The notes under the pieces are model-generated. The model had not been told where the DNA came from. It searched no databases and worked only from the letters and a program-made list of their open reading frames with translations. From Camelus dromedarius (lineage: Eukaryota), in assembly GCF_036321535.1 (NCBI RefSeq), contig NC_087450.1:55428001-55492000 (forward strand): a stretch of DNA of 64,000 nt, given 5' to 3'. Positions 37,901 through 50,530 of this stretch are shown piece by piece. Numbering within the stretch: position 1 is the stretch's first letter; each line of letters begins with the position of its first letter. The position numbers and the translations under genes are program-made.

Positions 37901-38443
37901 AGAAACATGACTGCTACTTCTAGGTGAGACTTTTACCAATTCCCTAAGCACATAGTGAAGTGTAACTAACAGTTAACAACATACCAAACATACATATAAT
38001 GTTTGTTAATCATGAATGAATTTCTCCCCCAGTGTGATGTCTTACTACGTTACATATCCAAAGTTAAACAGCGAACGAAACATAAATTCTAGGGGAATTT
38101 AAGGACTCTAAGTAAAGTTAGTTTCAGAGTTTCCAAGAACTATTTCAAATGAATAGGTCATACATTGATACACAGATATGTAAAAGTCTAGATTGACCCA
38201 TCCTCCCTGTCATTATATGGAGAAAAATAGTTCATTTTTCCAAAATAAAGATTTTTGTCAAGAATATGATCCAGAGAGAGAGAAGTTGTTCTCTTAACCC
38301 CTTACTTATTTTTGTAACTCAGAAACATATTATTACTCCTTTAGCCTTATATTCTTCTTTAGAAAACAAAAACAAAATCACTGTCACAACCCAGCTCACT
38401 GAGTTGTGAGACAGACAAATAGCAGGTAGATATGAAGTGGCTA

Positions 38444-38572
38444 CGATGTCTCACTACACGGCTCTGTCAGGATCTGAGTTTGGCAGCACTGACGCCTCTC
38501 GCCGTCAGGTGAGAGCTATTACCCTCGCAACTCAGCCACCCGCGCCTGACTGACAGTGAGCCCGGCTTCCGG
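38444..38572. promoter_or_regulatory. Candidate CpG micro-island / regulatory element
   Basis: 10 CpGs in about 130 bp of unique sequence in an otherwise CpG-depleted region. ETS-type CTTCCGG at 38566-38572; splice donor CAG|GTGAGA at 38508/38509. Confidence 0.3.
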
Positions 38573-39119
38573 ACAATGCACACACAGTCTGTGCTTTCCT
38601 ACTTCCCTATTTCTGCCTGCCTTTTCAAAAAGTAGGTGTATTTGATTTATTACCTCTTCTTTCACAGTTGATGACTTTCTCTTGAAACCAAAGGGGGAAA
38701 TTAACACTAAGAAAGTGTTGTTTTCTTATGAGTACTCTTAAAATTCTTATTTGGTATTTTATCAGCAAACTATGTCAAGTATCTGTGTTGAAAATAGAGA
38801 CACATGAACACCCAGGTTTCATCATTTTTGGTATTTTGCCAGTGGACAGTTTAGTGTCTTATTACAAGCCACACAATTTCCAGCAATTTTGAAATCAAGA
38901 ACATGGACATTACAAATTAGACTGCATAAAACTCACAAAGCCAGTGAGCTATGACTTCCCTTTGTGGACATTTTCTGAGATTAAGTGAGAAAAAAAGGCA
39001 TGAGAAATTCACCAATTAAAGCGTCTTTAAATGTTGACATTGAAGGAGATTTCAGAGGATAGCTAATGCAATTAATTGCCATTATTCTCATCATTTTCTT
39101 TTGGACAGCTATTACAGTA

Positions 39120-39330
39120 TAAGAAAGGAACTGCAGACTTTGAATTCAGAACGCTATAAATCTAACACTTGGTTCCATTATGTGACAGATGTTTGAATTG
39201 GACAAATCATTTACCTCTCTGATTTTCAAATCTCTCGTACATATAAAGGCGAAAATGAGGCTTAATTTTAAGGCTGTTATGAAGATTATTAATACATAAT
39301 TATATCAGTCCTTGCACAATGACAGAAACC
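39120..39330 (+). mobile_element. MIR SINE
   Basis: GCAGACTTTGAATTCAGAAC ... GGACAAATCATTTACCTCTCTG ... GGCTGTTATGAAGATTA. Confidence 0.55.
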
Positions 39331-39439
39331 AGCTCTCATTATTAATCATGAAGCTATGACTTGGGTGGTAGAGGTTTAACAAATCCTTAATTATACATAA
39401 TGCTTTATAGTTTCCGAAGCTCTATTCATATACAATGTG

Positions 39440-39720
39440 TGTCCTAAATAAGGTCAGTGAAAGGCATGATTGCAGCAGCTCACCTTTGCTGACTGTGTGC
39501 TATGTGATAGGAGCCATGCTAATCATTTCACATCCATTTTTTCGTTTCATTCAAAAGCAGTTCTTTGGTATAGGCATTATCAATATAAACCCTGATTTAG
39601 GGATAAGGAAACTGAGGCTTAGAGGGATGAAGCTGCTGAAAGTAGCTGGTAAGTGGCAAGTCAAAATTCAGTACCTAATTTCTGACAATAGAGCCTGAGT
39701 TTGTACGCACTGAACAACAC
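39440..39720 (-). mobile_element. MIR SINE
   Basis: GATAAGGAAACTGAGGCTTAGAGGG ... GTAAGTGGCAAGTCAAAATTCAG. Confidence 0.7.
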
Positions 39721-40504
39721 TACCTGCTGAATCTCTGAATTAAACCAGAATATGACTCATACAAATGACACTGAGTTTGGATGACTTTAGTAATACTTTT
39801 GTTATTTAAGTATATTTACAGGGAAGGTTTGGAAAGCTCAAAAAATATTTTCATACCATGCAGTGACCTTTTGGAATTTGGAAGCTGCAAAATAATTGAT
39901 AATCTTGTCCAATCAGTTTTCAATATAGGTATTATACTCATCATCAGATTTAAAGAGGCATATATGTTCATGCAAAAAAAACCTTTGCTGGACTATATAT
40001 ATTTTGAGGGATATAGGTGAAAGAAATAGCTGAATATAAATTTAATTAATATGACGAAATATAATACGCTTGTAAATATTAGGTTAAACAATTCTCTAAG
40101 AGTTTCTTAAACTATTCTTTCTAACAAAATATAGATTATTTTCAGCTTGGTATATGATTATGAATAAAGAAGGCATTTCTTTATTTGAATTTGAATATTG
40201 GCTTTTAAGCATGTAATTCACTGAATTACAATTTACTTTGCATTTCCAAGGGTAAACTGCTGGTTCATAAAAAAAAGACTATTGCATAAATAAGTCTGTT
40301 GTGCAATACATAATAGTGGTTATAATTATGTGTTAATGGCATTTTGGTTGCCTGTTTGTTACACATTTGTGGATATATTTCTTATGGCTATTATTATCGT
40401 GGTGTTTTATGCAGTTTCCTGATATGTGAAGACCTAAGGGCAACCATGGAAACCTCCTTCCTTCAGAATCCTTCAATTTAAAAATACATATGTTGATTTC
40501 TAAT

Positions 40505-40985
40505 TGCACCTGTTGATTCCCTGAGGAGAAAACTCTGAGCTGGAGAAGAGTGTGTGCAGAAAGTTCCCTGGGGGAGAACTCTAGTGATAAACATCTATGT
40601 TTGGGAGTGAAGCAGGGAGTGACGGAGGACTTCTCTTTCTTGGCAGAAAGAGAAATACTCTGTGAAGCAGTAGCAACAGGGATTCAGAAAATCCTAAAGG
40701 GGGTTCAGGAGCTGGGAAAGCTGCAGAATTGTGCGAACTGAGGCAAGGTGACTGGCTCTTTTGTATATCCCTCACGACCAGTCATTGGATGCAAGCTGCC
40801 TCCAGAAAGAAATCATGGCCTTTTGTGAGCTGAGTCTCCTCGGCTGGGGCCAGCTACACTAAGGGGGGCACATGGTGGGAGCTGCTCAGAGTGCCAATGG
40901 CATGTAGCCCTCAGTTGTCAGGTTCCCTTGCAGATGGCCTCAGGTGAAGAGAACCAACTTGTCCAAGGCCATGGCATATTCCTAA
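40505..40985 (-). mobile_element. ERVL LTR (LTR16-like)
   Basis: GTGTGCAGAAAG, ACCAGTCATTGGATGC, TGAGGCAAGGTGACTGG match the reverse complement of the remembered LTR16 consensus. Confidence 0.7.
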
Positions 40986-41037
40986 GTGACTTATATCTAA
41001 TGATTGATGGTTTTAAGGGTATAAAAGCCTGACCCTT

Positions 41038-41418
41038 GGCTATGGACTAAATTATAGCCGTCCCCACCCACTATTTATATTTTGAAACCTGAACTCCCTG
41101 CCCCTCCCCCCATATGTCTATATTGAAGACAGGGCGTTTGAGGAGATTCTTAAGGTTAAGTGAGATCACTGATCTGGTGGAACTAGTGTTCTTATAAAAG
41201 AGGAAGAGAGACCAGAGCTCAGTCCTTCTCCTTCATGGGGGAGCACAGAGAGAAGGCAGCATTCTGAAAGCTGAAAAGAGAGACCTCCACAGAAACTGAA
41301 CCCTGCCAGAGTCTTGATCTTAGATGTCTCAGTCTCTAGAAGCAAGAGAAAACAAATTTCCGTCGTTAAGCCACCCAGGTTTGATACTTTGCTATGACAG
41401 CCTGATCCGACCAAGACA
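41038..41418 (+). mobile_element. MaLR solo LTR (MLT1A/MST-like)
   Basis: GCTATGGACTAAAT ... CTTATAAAAGAGGAAGAGAGA ... GTTAAGCCACCCAG ... CCAAGACA. Perfect 5-bp TSD CCCTT (41033-41037 and 41419-41423). Confidence 0.9.
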
Positions 41419-41559
41419 CCCTTGCACTCTAACTTTCAAGAGTTCTGATCCTGTTTCCTAGGCATCCCAAACTTGATGGCTGGAACTGGAGGGCGTCCAA
41501 GAAAGCAGCTGCTGGGGTGGAATCTGGAGCTGGAACACCCGTTACCTAACGAGCAAGGA

Positions 41560-44500
41560 AGGCCACACTGCAAGTGGTAAGTAAAGCACATGTCACCTCT
41601 AGCACCAAATGGTGATGGAACTGTTGGAGCTTTACCACTGATGAACTAAGATTGTACACCCACGAAAAGAAATTCATTGGCTGGTGCAATTTATCAAGGC
41701 CTTGAGAAACATGAGTGAACCAGCAATTGTAAGAACAATGAGATCAGATGGTTATTTCTAAGAAAAACAAAATAATAAAAGGTAAGAAATAGTTGAGATT
41801 AAGTAATTGGCCATTCAAAGCTAAATGTTAAATTCTGGGGACTTTTTCACTAGCATGTCAAAGGGACCCTCATCTCCTGCAGTGATAAGATAGAGAAAAC
41901 TGAGGACTGGGACAAGAACTTAATCTTAAGAGTAACTTAGCCCAAAAGAAGTGAAAACTTTTAATGCAGGCAGGTTTGCTATCCCAAAGTCACGACTCTG
42001 GTCAGAATGGAATGGGATCCTGACGTATGGGTTGGAGATATCAGGGTTGATTTTCTTGAAAATAATGTAATCTTGGTTTCCTTGGAACCCTCTGAGTCTG
42101 CAAAAGTGGTACATAGAAGTCATAACAAACATAGCGTTTGCCTAGTCGTATCTAGTGCACTGGCGAGAGGGACAACAGCATCACTCAGAGGTCATTGGTG
42201 GCTGTGCTTTGTAAAGTCAAGGCTCACGGTAGGAGATGCTGCCCTAGAACTGAAATTACTGTTGGCAATGGACATGGCAGGACCACCACAGCAGCAGATG
42301 ATAGGAAATACAATTCAGCCATCAGAAGCTAGGTCATCACAATTACTGCAAAGAGTGGCAAAACTGGAGGGGCAGCTGGATGGCCTGATCTGCTAGGAGT
42401 TAGAGGTGGTTAATAAATATGATGTCTTTAAAAGCGAAATGTATGGGTAGCCAAAAAGATACAACTCAGTCTGTACAATCAGTAGAAATCAAGGGTGGAT
42501 AATCAAAAGTCTGAAGCTATCACTCCAATAATACGTTAAGATCCCTTTCTCATTGTCAGTGTTTGAATGGCCTTTCAGTCTGGGAATGAGTAGATTTAAG
42601 AAGAGACTGGATCACCAGGAGGAGAGAACCTGAAACACTGCAAGTACACATATTGCTTCCTAGCCCTTACCTACTAGGAGCTAAGGCAATTTATTTGATT
42701 AACTGCACACTAGGTAAAGAGAAATACTACAAACTTTTCAGCACTGTTGAACACAGAAACAAAGTTGACTGAAGTATCATCAGGGCTTCCCTGTAGGAAT
42801 GGAGCATTTTGAAGTCCAGTCATAAATGAAGTCCTGCTCCATGCCTGGCTTGTGGTGGTTTCATTGAATACTTGACCCACCCTCTTGTCATTTACTCACA
42901 AAATAGTCCTGTTTATTAGTACAAGTTCCAAAGGGCTCCCCAGTCTTTGGGATGAGAGCTGTGATATTGAGGATGGCTACATAGAAGCCTCTAAACTGAT
43001 CCTCCCCACTTCAGCCAAGATAAAGGAAAAAAAGAAACACATCACATCTCAGGTTAAATGACAGAAATTGTATCACCTTTAAAGACCTCAGGGATATAGA
43101 ATTTGTTTTCTTTTATATCTCTTTAAATTTCAACAATCCCTACCAAAAAAGCATATGGAATCTGGAGAATAATAGTAGATTCCTGTAGACTCAAACACAT
43201 AGTTAGTAGCTGCAATTACTCCTGCTGTCCAGATGTGCTGTCCTGTCTAGAGAAGATTAACATGACCTTTGATACGCAGACGACAGCCACTGGTGGAGAA
43301 AATGAGTTCATCCCTATCAGAGAATAGGATTAGAAACTGTTTGTATTTACACAGAATTGACAACAGTGCACATTTCAAATTTTGCTCTGGAGTTCTGTTA
43401 AGTGTCCTGAATTCTGTCACAATGTAGCCCAAAGAGAGGTGGACCATCTGGCAGTTCCTAAACATAACGAAGAGGTATATTATGTCAGGCAGGTTTGCTA
43501 TCCCAAAGTCACGACTCTGGTCAGAATGGAATGGTCAGAGTGAAATTGTATATTCAGACAAATGAGCAAGAAATGTCTAGCATGTTAGAGGTCTTGCTAA
43601 GACATTTGTCCTCCAGAGGGTAGGAAATAAATGCTAATAAAACTCAAGGGCCTGCCACATCAGTGAAATTTTCAGAGGGAGCAGAGGTCTTTCTGGAGCA
43701 TGCTAGCATGTCCTTCAAAAGTAAAAGACAACTTACTCACTCTGCATTTCCAACAAGAAGGAAGAAGACACAATTCCTGGTAAGTTGCTTTCAGTTTCTG
43801 ATGCATCATGTTATCTTTAACCCCTGGAAATACTGTTTTGATCTGTATACTGAGTGACACAAAACTTTGCCAGCTTTGAAAGGAGCTCAAAGGAGAGAAA
43901 AGGTTTGCAGTAGGTGCAGGCTGGGCTAAAAGCAGCCCTGACGCTTGGCCCATGTGACCCAGCAGCTGTTGTGATGCTACAAGCACCACTGATGGGAAAG
44001 ACGTTTTGAAGATTTTATTACAAGCACCAATGGGAGAATTCTAATGCTATCCAGCATAGTCAGAACTACTGTGGTTCTGGAGCAAGACCATGACCAGCGC
44101 ACGAGAGACAATACACATTTGAAAAAGAGCCCTTGGGATGCTCTCAGGCTCTGCCAGAGTGAGAGGGCCTTACTGTGAGTCCTTACATGACCACGTAGCT
44201 GGAAATGCCCACCATAGGCTGGGTTTTATGAGATCCATCAAGTCGTAAGGTCAAGCGATCCCAACAACCGAGTAGATTAGATAGGATGACAGAGCTACAG
44301 GACTTCAGATGATCTCTCCTGACCACTCAGTGTTGGTACAGCAGACTCATCTATTAAGTAGGCACAGAGGCTTGGTTTGAGTCCGAGAGTAGGAGCTCCC
44401 ACTTTCTAAGACTTATGAGCTGCTGATGTCACCAGATACCCAGCTCTCCTGCAGCAGAGACCAGCACTTCCAAAAAGACCAGCAGGTTTCCCATTGGCAA

Positions 44501-44860
44501 CTTCTTTACATAGGACACTTTCTATTTTAGAGGAAGCCACATTTCAAATATTCTGGCCATGGTTTTGCCTTTCTAGTGCTTGGGGACTGAGCACCACTAT
44601 TTAAGGACTTAGAGATTTTGTCCCAATGGTATGTGAGCCCACACGGCACCACATCAGTCCAAAAGATGCATTTGAAAGCCACAGAGGTGTGGGAGTGGAA
44701 CCACAGCCTGGACTGTGCTGGTGGTGTCACATGCCACTGCACAGACCCTCCCGGTCTAACACAAAGTGGAACAAGGCTGTTGAAGGCCCAGGCGAAGCAC
44801 TGGTTTATTGGCAATACTCTGTGAGAAGGGGCAGTATCTTCCAGGATGTGATATACTCTG
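41560..44860 (+). mobile_element. Decayed ERVL (class III) internal region: gag, protease, RT/RNase H and integrase remnants
   Basis: EWDPDVWVGDI (42007 ORF) is the ERVL gag WDPxxWxGD motif. LLNTETKLT (about 42745) is protease-like. The RT-like block is about 43150-43680. HLKATEVWEW...RLLKAQAKHWFIGNTL (44618 ORF) resembles the ERVL integrase core. Many stops and frameshifts. Confidence 0.85.
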
Positions 44861-45066
44861 TATTTTTCCAGATTTACTGAGGCATGGCTGACAAAAATTA
44901 TACATATTTAAGGTTTACGATGTGATGTATACACAGTGAAATGATTACAACAAACTGATTAACACATGCATTACCTGGCATTATTATAACATAAGCATTA
45001 CTGCGTGTTGTGAGGTCTTAAGTTCTACTCTTAGCAAATTTCAACTGCATAATACATTATTAATGT
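44861..45066 (-). mobile_element. L1MA-like 3' end, truncating the ERVL
   Basis: TTTACTGAGGCATGGCTGACAAAAATT ... ACACAGTGAAATGATTAC ... TCTACTCTTAGCAAATTTCAA. Confidence 0.8.
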
Positions 45067-46149
45067 ACGTAGTATTAGAAATATAGGGGAAATGGTTCAT
45101 ATATTCAATTAATTGGTATGAGGATAATTTAGGAGCTGTATTACTAGGTATTTATCATGGTGTCCAGTTACTCTCTGTTAAGTAAAACACACATCCATGT
45201 GATTGATTTCCTTTGTAATGACATAAGGTAAAATTGAGTACCACGTCAATCTTATTGAGAGTTACACTTTGGGAAGAGGTTAATTGCCGTAGTACAATTA
45301 TATGATTTCAGAGCTGTAAGAGGCTTTTGGAAGTATGTGACAAATCTTAGTTTTGTACATAGTAGGAGGCAGACTCTCAGAGAACTCGTAGAGATACTTC
45401 CTCACTTCCAGAACAGTGCTTTCTTCTCTTATCTCTCCTGCCCCAAAGAAGATACACAGTGTGCAACCGCTCATCCTACTAAGATGATTTTTCCTAAAGT
45501 TGAGTCTGGTTTCAATCAGTCTGGGTTTCTGAGTTGTTCTGTGATTGAGGTTTTTTGTTTGTTTGTTTGTTTTATTGACTTGAAGAAAACCATTGTACTC
45601 TGCTGCTCCCTCTATCAGCAATATCTTATCTTATTCACCTTCCTGGCTCTCTGAATACCTCCTCAATACTTCACGTCCTTTCCAGATTGTCCCATAAAGC
45701 AAGATAGGCTTTATGAGAGAAGCTGTTCAATACATGTTCAAACCAAATGATGGTTTATATCCTTATTTTTGAGTGAGTGTTTAGGTACTTCTGCAAACAT
45801 CTCTTCTGTTTAAGAGGTCTGGCTGTGAAGGTCTCTGGCCCCTCTTTCACTTTAGAGACTCTTCCGTTCCTGCCTGGCTGTCTTTCCTCCTGTGGGTCAG
45901 CAGGTCCGTGAAGCTGCGCATCACTGGACTGTGCTGTTCCCAGTCCTTATGAGTGAAATCATTGTGCCAACTGAACAGGATCAGTTGTGTGTCTAGTCTT
46001 TCCCTGGCACAATGGATGACTAATTATTTAAATTTCATGACAAACTTGAAAGGATTTAAACACTCAAAGGTATAGATGAGACAACCAACACTTCGAGTTT
46101 AAGAAAATCACAGAGAAACAGTAGATAAGGTCACTCATGGTTTCCCAGT

Positions 46150-46950
46150 GAGCACTCATTTATTTATCACTTCTTTATTGAACAGACATTTATTGAACAC
46201 TTATAATGTATTAGACAGCCTGCTAGTTACTAAAACACATGCAAGGAAGATGCATATGTCATTGTCCTTAGAGAAATTACATTCCCTTATTTGAGGTGGA
46301 CTCTTAATCAATTAGATTACAGAGTGAGGTGCGAGAAAAGAGATGCAGAGAAAATAAGAGAGCATGGACTGTGTCCTGAGAAACCTTGATTTAAACAACA
46401 GGTAGAATACACAGAATGATTTGAAATGGAAAGCCCCAGAGTGAGTGGCATCATGGGAGCTGAAGTGAGGTTTGTGATGAGGGAGTGAGGGGGAAAACAA
46501 AAGAGGGTGATCGGCAGAGGACATGCCACTGAGGAAAGATATGATAAGGATTTGAAATGAAGGAGTTTATTGGGGCAGCCGAATGGGAGAATTTCACTAG
46601 AGATTTAAGAATTTGTGAAAAGGAGAGTAGAGAATGAAAGCTGAAGTGGGACCCTGGATAAAAGTAGTCGTGATGGTGGTTTTAATATCTGCCGTGTTTT
46701 TTAAGAAAAGACCATGCTGGTCTTTAAATGACTATAGGAAAAAAAATCAGTAAACAAGAGAGCAGATAATGAATAAGGCAAATTCCCTGTGAAGGTGGAC
46801 AACCAAGGACCCAGAGCTCGGGTCTTAGGCGGCAGGATGGAGAGAAGGAGAGGCAGAGTCAGATCCCCTCTCAGTTTCAGAAAATCAGAGGATAGACTCC
46901 CCTGATTAAAAAAAAGAGAGAAAGTAGCCTAGGACATTTGTAGAGGTTAA
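46150..46950 (-). mobile_element. L2 LINE fragments
   Basis: CATTTATTGAACACTTATAATG (3' tail, reverse complement), followed by purine-rich L2 antisense sequence. Confidence 0.55.
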
Positions 46951-49000
46951 ATAATTGAAGAAGCAGGTTGAAAGAACAAAAGAGCAAACTTACTAGAAAA
47001 AAAATTACTGTCGGAACTCTGAGTCAGTGTTTGAAAAAAAAAACATGGATTTTTAATAACATCACTCTGTGTGATTATTTGATTTATCTCTTCTCTAGAT
47101 GCCTAGCATTCAGGGGTCTCAAGGGTAGACATTTCTCAAAATGTTTTGGCAGAAGGGGAAATAAAAAACGTAAAGGAAAAAAGTGGTACAAGACATGGGT
47201 GATATGTCAGGTAGAATACCAGATTTACATCCCAGTCATTTACAGAGCTACATAAAAAACAGACAAGTGATACACAAGTTGTGATCTACCTTGTGGAAAA
47301 AGAGTCTTATTCCAAGAGTAAGGACTCTCATGAAACTGTTTACAGAGAAAAAAAAACCCCACAGATCACTGGATATTCAATCAATTCATGGAACACTTAA
47401 TAATCCTATAATCTCAGCACTTTGGATATGGATGTGAAGAAAGATAAAACTGACTGCAGAAAGAAATATAGGAAAAAAGGTTTTAATCACATTAAAGCAC
47501 AGACATGGTGTTTCTAGTTGAGAGAAAGCAAAGAGTCTATAGCTTCAGAGTTTGAGTAGTTTAGGTAATGCCCAGGCTCAGATTGAGCCCATAAAAATGA
47601 GAGAGAGGAATTAAGTATAACGTCTAATTTAGGTCAAGGAACTGAGAGACTACGGCATTAAATGGGCCTTCCAGCCTCTTCTTGTTATTAGAAAGGAATC
47701 AACTCACTTGAGCTAATCAAATTCTCATCTTCAGTATCTTCATCCATGAAGTGTGGGTTAGCATATCTATGATTAATTTCAGCTCTAAACAGAGTATGAC
47801 ATTATGAATGTTATTCAAGTCTTATTATGATCTATGTATGCACAAAACTGTTTCAGTGTTACTCCATCCTTGGAATTCCTTGCACCAAAAAATTTGATAC
47901 ATTTATATTGTTAATTCTGTTATCTAATTGTATTCATTGGCTTATAGAGAAAATTAGGGGGTTTCAGGAAGGAAAAATCCCCTTTAACATAGTTATTTTT
48001 ACATCTGTGAGAGTCACTGAGGCAGCACTGGATGTACATTTACTGAAGCAATCGTAGAAATCATAAACACTTGTATTTTGTACTTGTCTTGTATTTATTC
48101 TATAAGTTGTTTTTTTTTTTTTAAAGTTTAGGAAGTTAATTTGAAGACCCCTAGCAACAAAAACAAATACGATGATCCATGAACACTGAAAAAGTGGGGA
48201 GAAGCCAACTGAGTTGAGATTTTTACAAAAGAAAGAGAGAGCAATTATATCAAATTTAAGAGACAAAAACTTCAGTTTTTGTAGTTTTACCAAATTGAAA
48301 TTACAGAAAATAAAGTTTGCAAACAAGGAGACATTGAAAATCCTCTCTACAGAAGCAGGTAATAAGTTGAATAAATTTAATTTTGTGAGCCAAAATGATA
48401 CGGAGGATTTCACTTTAAAATTTTATAATTGACTTTTGAAAAGAATCTTCTGCTAGAACTCTCCTTTTAAATTTATATTCTGTGTAGGTGTAAGGTGAAA
48501 TTGAAAAAGCCAGTGATTTTTCAACATCTAATTTGGTAAAACATTTTTAAAATCATAGATTCAACTAATTTAATCATATATGCTTTCAAAAAATATATTT
48601 CAAAGAAAGATAAAATGAATAGAAGCAAAAGATAGTTTTTGTGAATATATTAGGAACTAGTTATATATTTCTTTAAAAATAATAGAATTGATGTTATCTT
48701 CTTTTAGTATAGTTTGCTTTGAACTTACCAATTATCTCAGTACTTAACGTAGATATTTCCTTAATTAGGAATACGGTCTATAGCAAAGAGTAAACTGAAA
48801 AAGCAAAAATGTTATTTTTTTAATTAACTTCAACTTTCAAGAGGATTGTAATATATTTTATGAAAAATGCTTAAAATGCCAAAACCTTACGGAAACAAAT
48901 GTAGCTTGCTCAATAAAATATCAATAACATGCAATTAATAATGACAGACATGACTAAGAAACAGATATATGTTAAACATATTCCAAAATTATTACTTCTA

Positions 49001-49272
49001 ATTTTATTTATTTTTTAAATTGAACTGTAGTTGATTTGCAATACTGTTAGTTTCAGGTACACAGCAAAGTGATTCAGTTATATATATGTGTAAATAGATG
49101 TGATATAATTTTTCTGATACTTTCACATTAAGGGTTATTATAAGATATTGAATGTAGTTCCCTGTGCTATACAGTAAATTCTTGTTGTTTGTCTATTTTA
49201 CATACAGTAATGTGTATCTGTTAGTCCCATACTCCTCTAATTTATCTCTCCCCTCTTTTCCCCTTTGGTAAC
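49001..49272 (-). mobile_element. 5'-truncated L1 3' UTR (same family as 9770-10148)
   Basis: TGTAGTTGATTTGCAATACTG ... CAGCAAAGTGATTCAG ... GTAGTTCCCTGTGCTATACAGTA. Confidence 0.85.
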
Positions 49273-50229
49273 TGCTATGTTTTAAACAATATGAAATTTA
49301 CCTTTCAACTTCTTATAGATACATTTTTAAAATTTTAAATTAGTTTAAAAGTATAATTTGAATAGAACTATTTTTTTAGGTTCACCTATAAAATAACACC
49401 AATTTGTCAATCCATAAGTACATTTTTTTAAAATTTCAATATGACGCATAACATGTATTTGGGGTATGGAGCATAATGATTTAGTAAGTACATCATTTTA
49501 CTTGTTTTTATTACCCTTTTTATTCCCAAAATGTTCCCATTTTGAGAATAAATTTTATGTTCACCTCAGTTTCACAAGGTAGGCATTAAGGAGTTCAAGC
49601 AACAGGGAACCATTGAAAAGTTCTGTGCTGGGTACTGCCTGATAACTTCTGTGCTTGGCAAGATAACTGCTGTGTCTTCCTGGGGAACACAGCAGAACTG
49701 AATCAGACTTTGAGGGATTATAACAGACAGGAATGTGCTAACTTAAACTTTTCTTTTTCTTGAAAATTTTAAAAGAAGGGCACTCCAAGGAATTAATAAA
49801 ATGCATGATATGTTTCAGCTAGAAAAACATCATAATGTTTTTTGTTTGTTTGCTCTGAAAACCTTTAGAGACACGTTATTTTTTAGACTGAAAAGCGTCT
49901 AGATTTTTTAGTGGGTGCTGCAAATAAATCATCTTTGGGCAAAGGAAAGTATTCTAGCTCTGCTTCTCTTTATTCTGCAGTTGGAAAGTGAGAGCATATT
50001 GAATTTTAATATATCAGCCAATTTTAAATTAACCAGGGGAGTAGCACTTTAAGAAGGAATATTTTTATAATGGAAATGATACTTTTGAAGTACAAATTGC
50101 AACTCATAACTTGTGTTTTGTAAATTCATATTTACAAAATCTTTAACTAGCAGATTGCATGAGTATTCAAAAATGAACGTCTTTCCAGAATGTTTAAAAA
50201 AAAAATAATTCACTTTGGAAGGAAAAAAA

Positions 50230-50530
50230 GGAATGTATGGAAATGTATTAAGTTACTCACATGGTCTGAGCAGGCAGCATGTTAGAGGCAACTGCCCATT
50301 CTGAGGAGGGACAATGATGAATAAACCGTAATATGTATCCCTCGGTGGTTCGTGAAGTAAATAAGGAGGTGCACACAGACTATGAAAAGCACCATGAAAC
50401 GTTTTGGGTAGATAAGTGCAAGCGCAGCTAGAAAAAGGAAGAACAAATGAACGTTGCCAAATTCATTAATTTTAGAAGAGTTAGAAAGAGTTTCCTGGAG
50501 AACATAAGATAGAACTAGGGTTGACAGATA
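50230..50530 (-). mobile_element. L2 fragment
   Basis: AGAGTTTCCTGGAGAACATAAGATAGAACTAGGG resembles the L2 GGCTTCCTGGAGGAGGTGACATTTGAGCTG block. Confidence 0.4.

Noticed and set aside
42007-42396. 129-aa ORF as a possible domesticated gag gene
   Set aside because: Only the first residues match ERVL gag in this frame, and the surrounding gag is riddled with stops and frameshifts.
48285-48358. NPLY motif suggesting an integrin-beta or LDLR-family tail
   Set aside because: A four-residue match only; the surrounding sequence does not resemble those tails.
47964-48413. 149-aa minus-strand ORF with an LRR-like phrase (LVKLQKLKFLSL)
   Set aside because: T-rich strand bias explains the open frame and hydrophobicity, and there is no repeated LRR periodicity.
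50261-50427. Minus-strand 167-nt exon-like segment with strong acceptor and GTGAGT donor
   Set aside because: It lies within L2-like sequence and the open-frame peptide is unrecognisable. At most a cryptic exonisation candidate.
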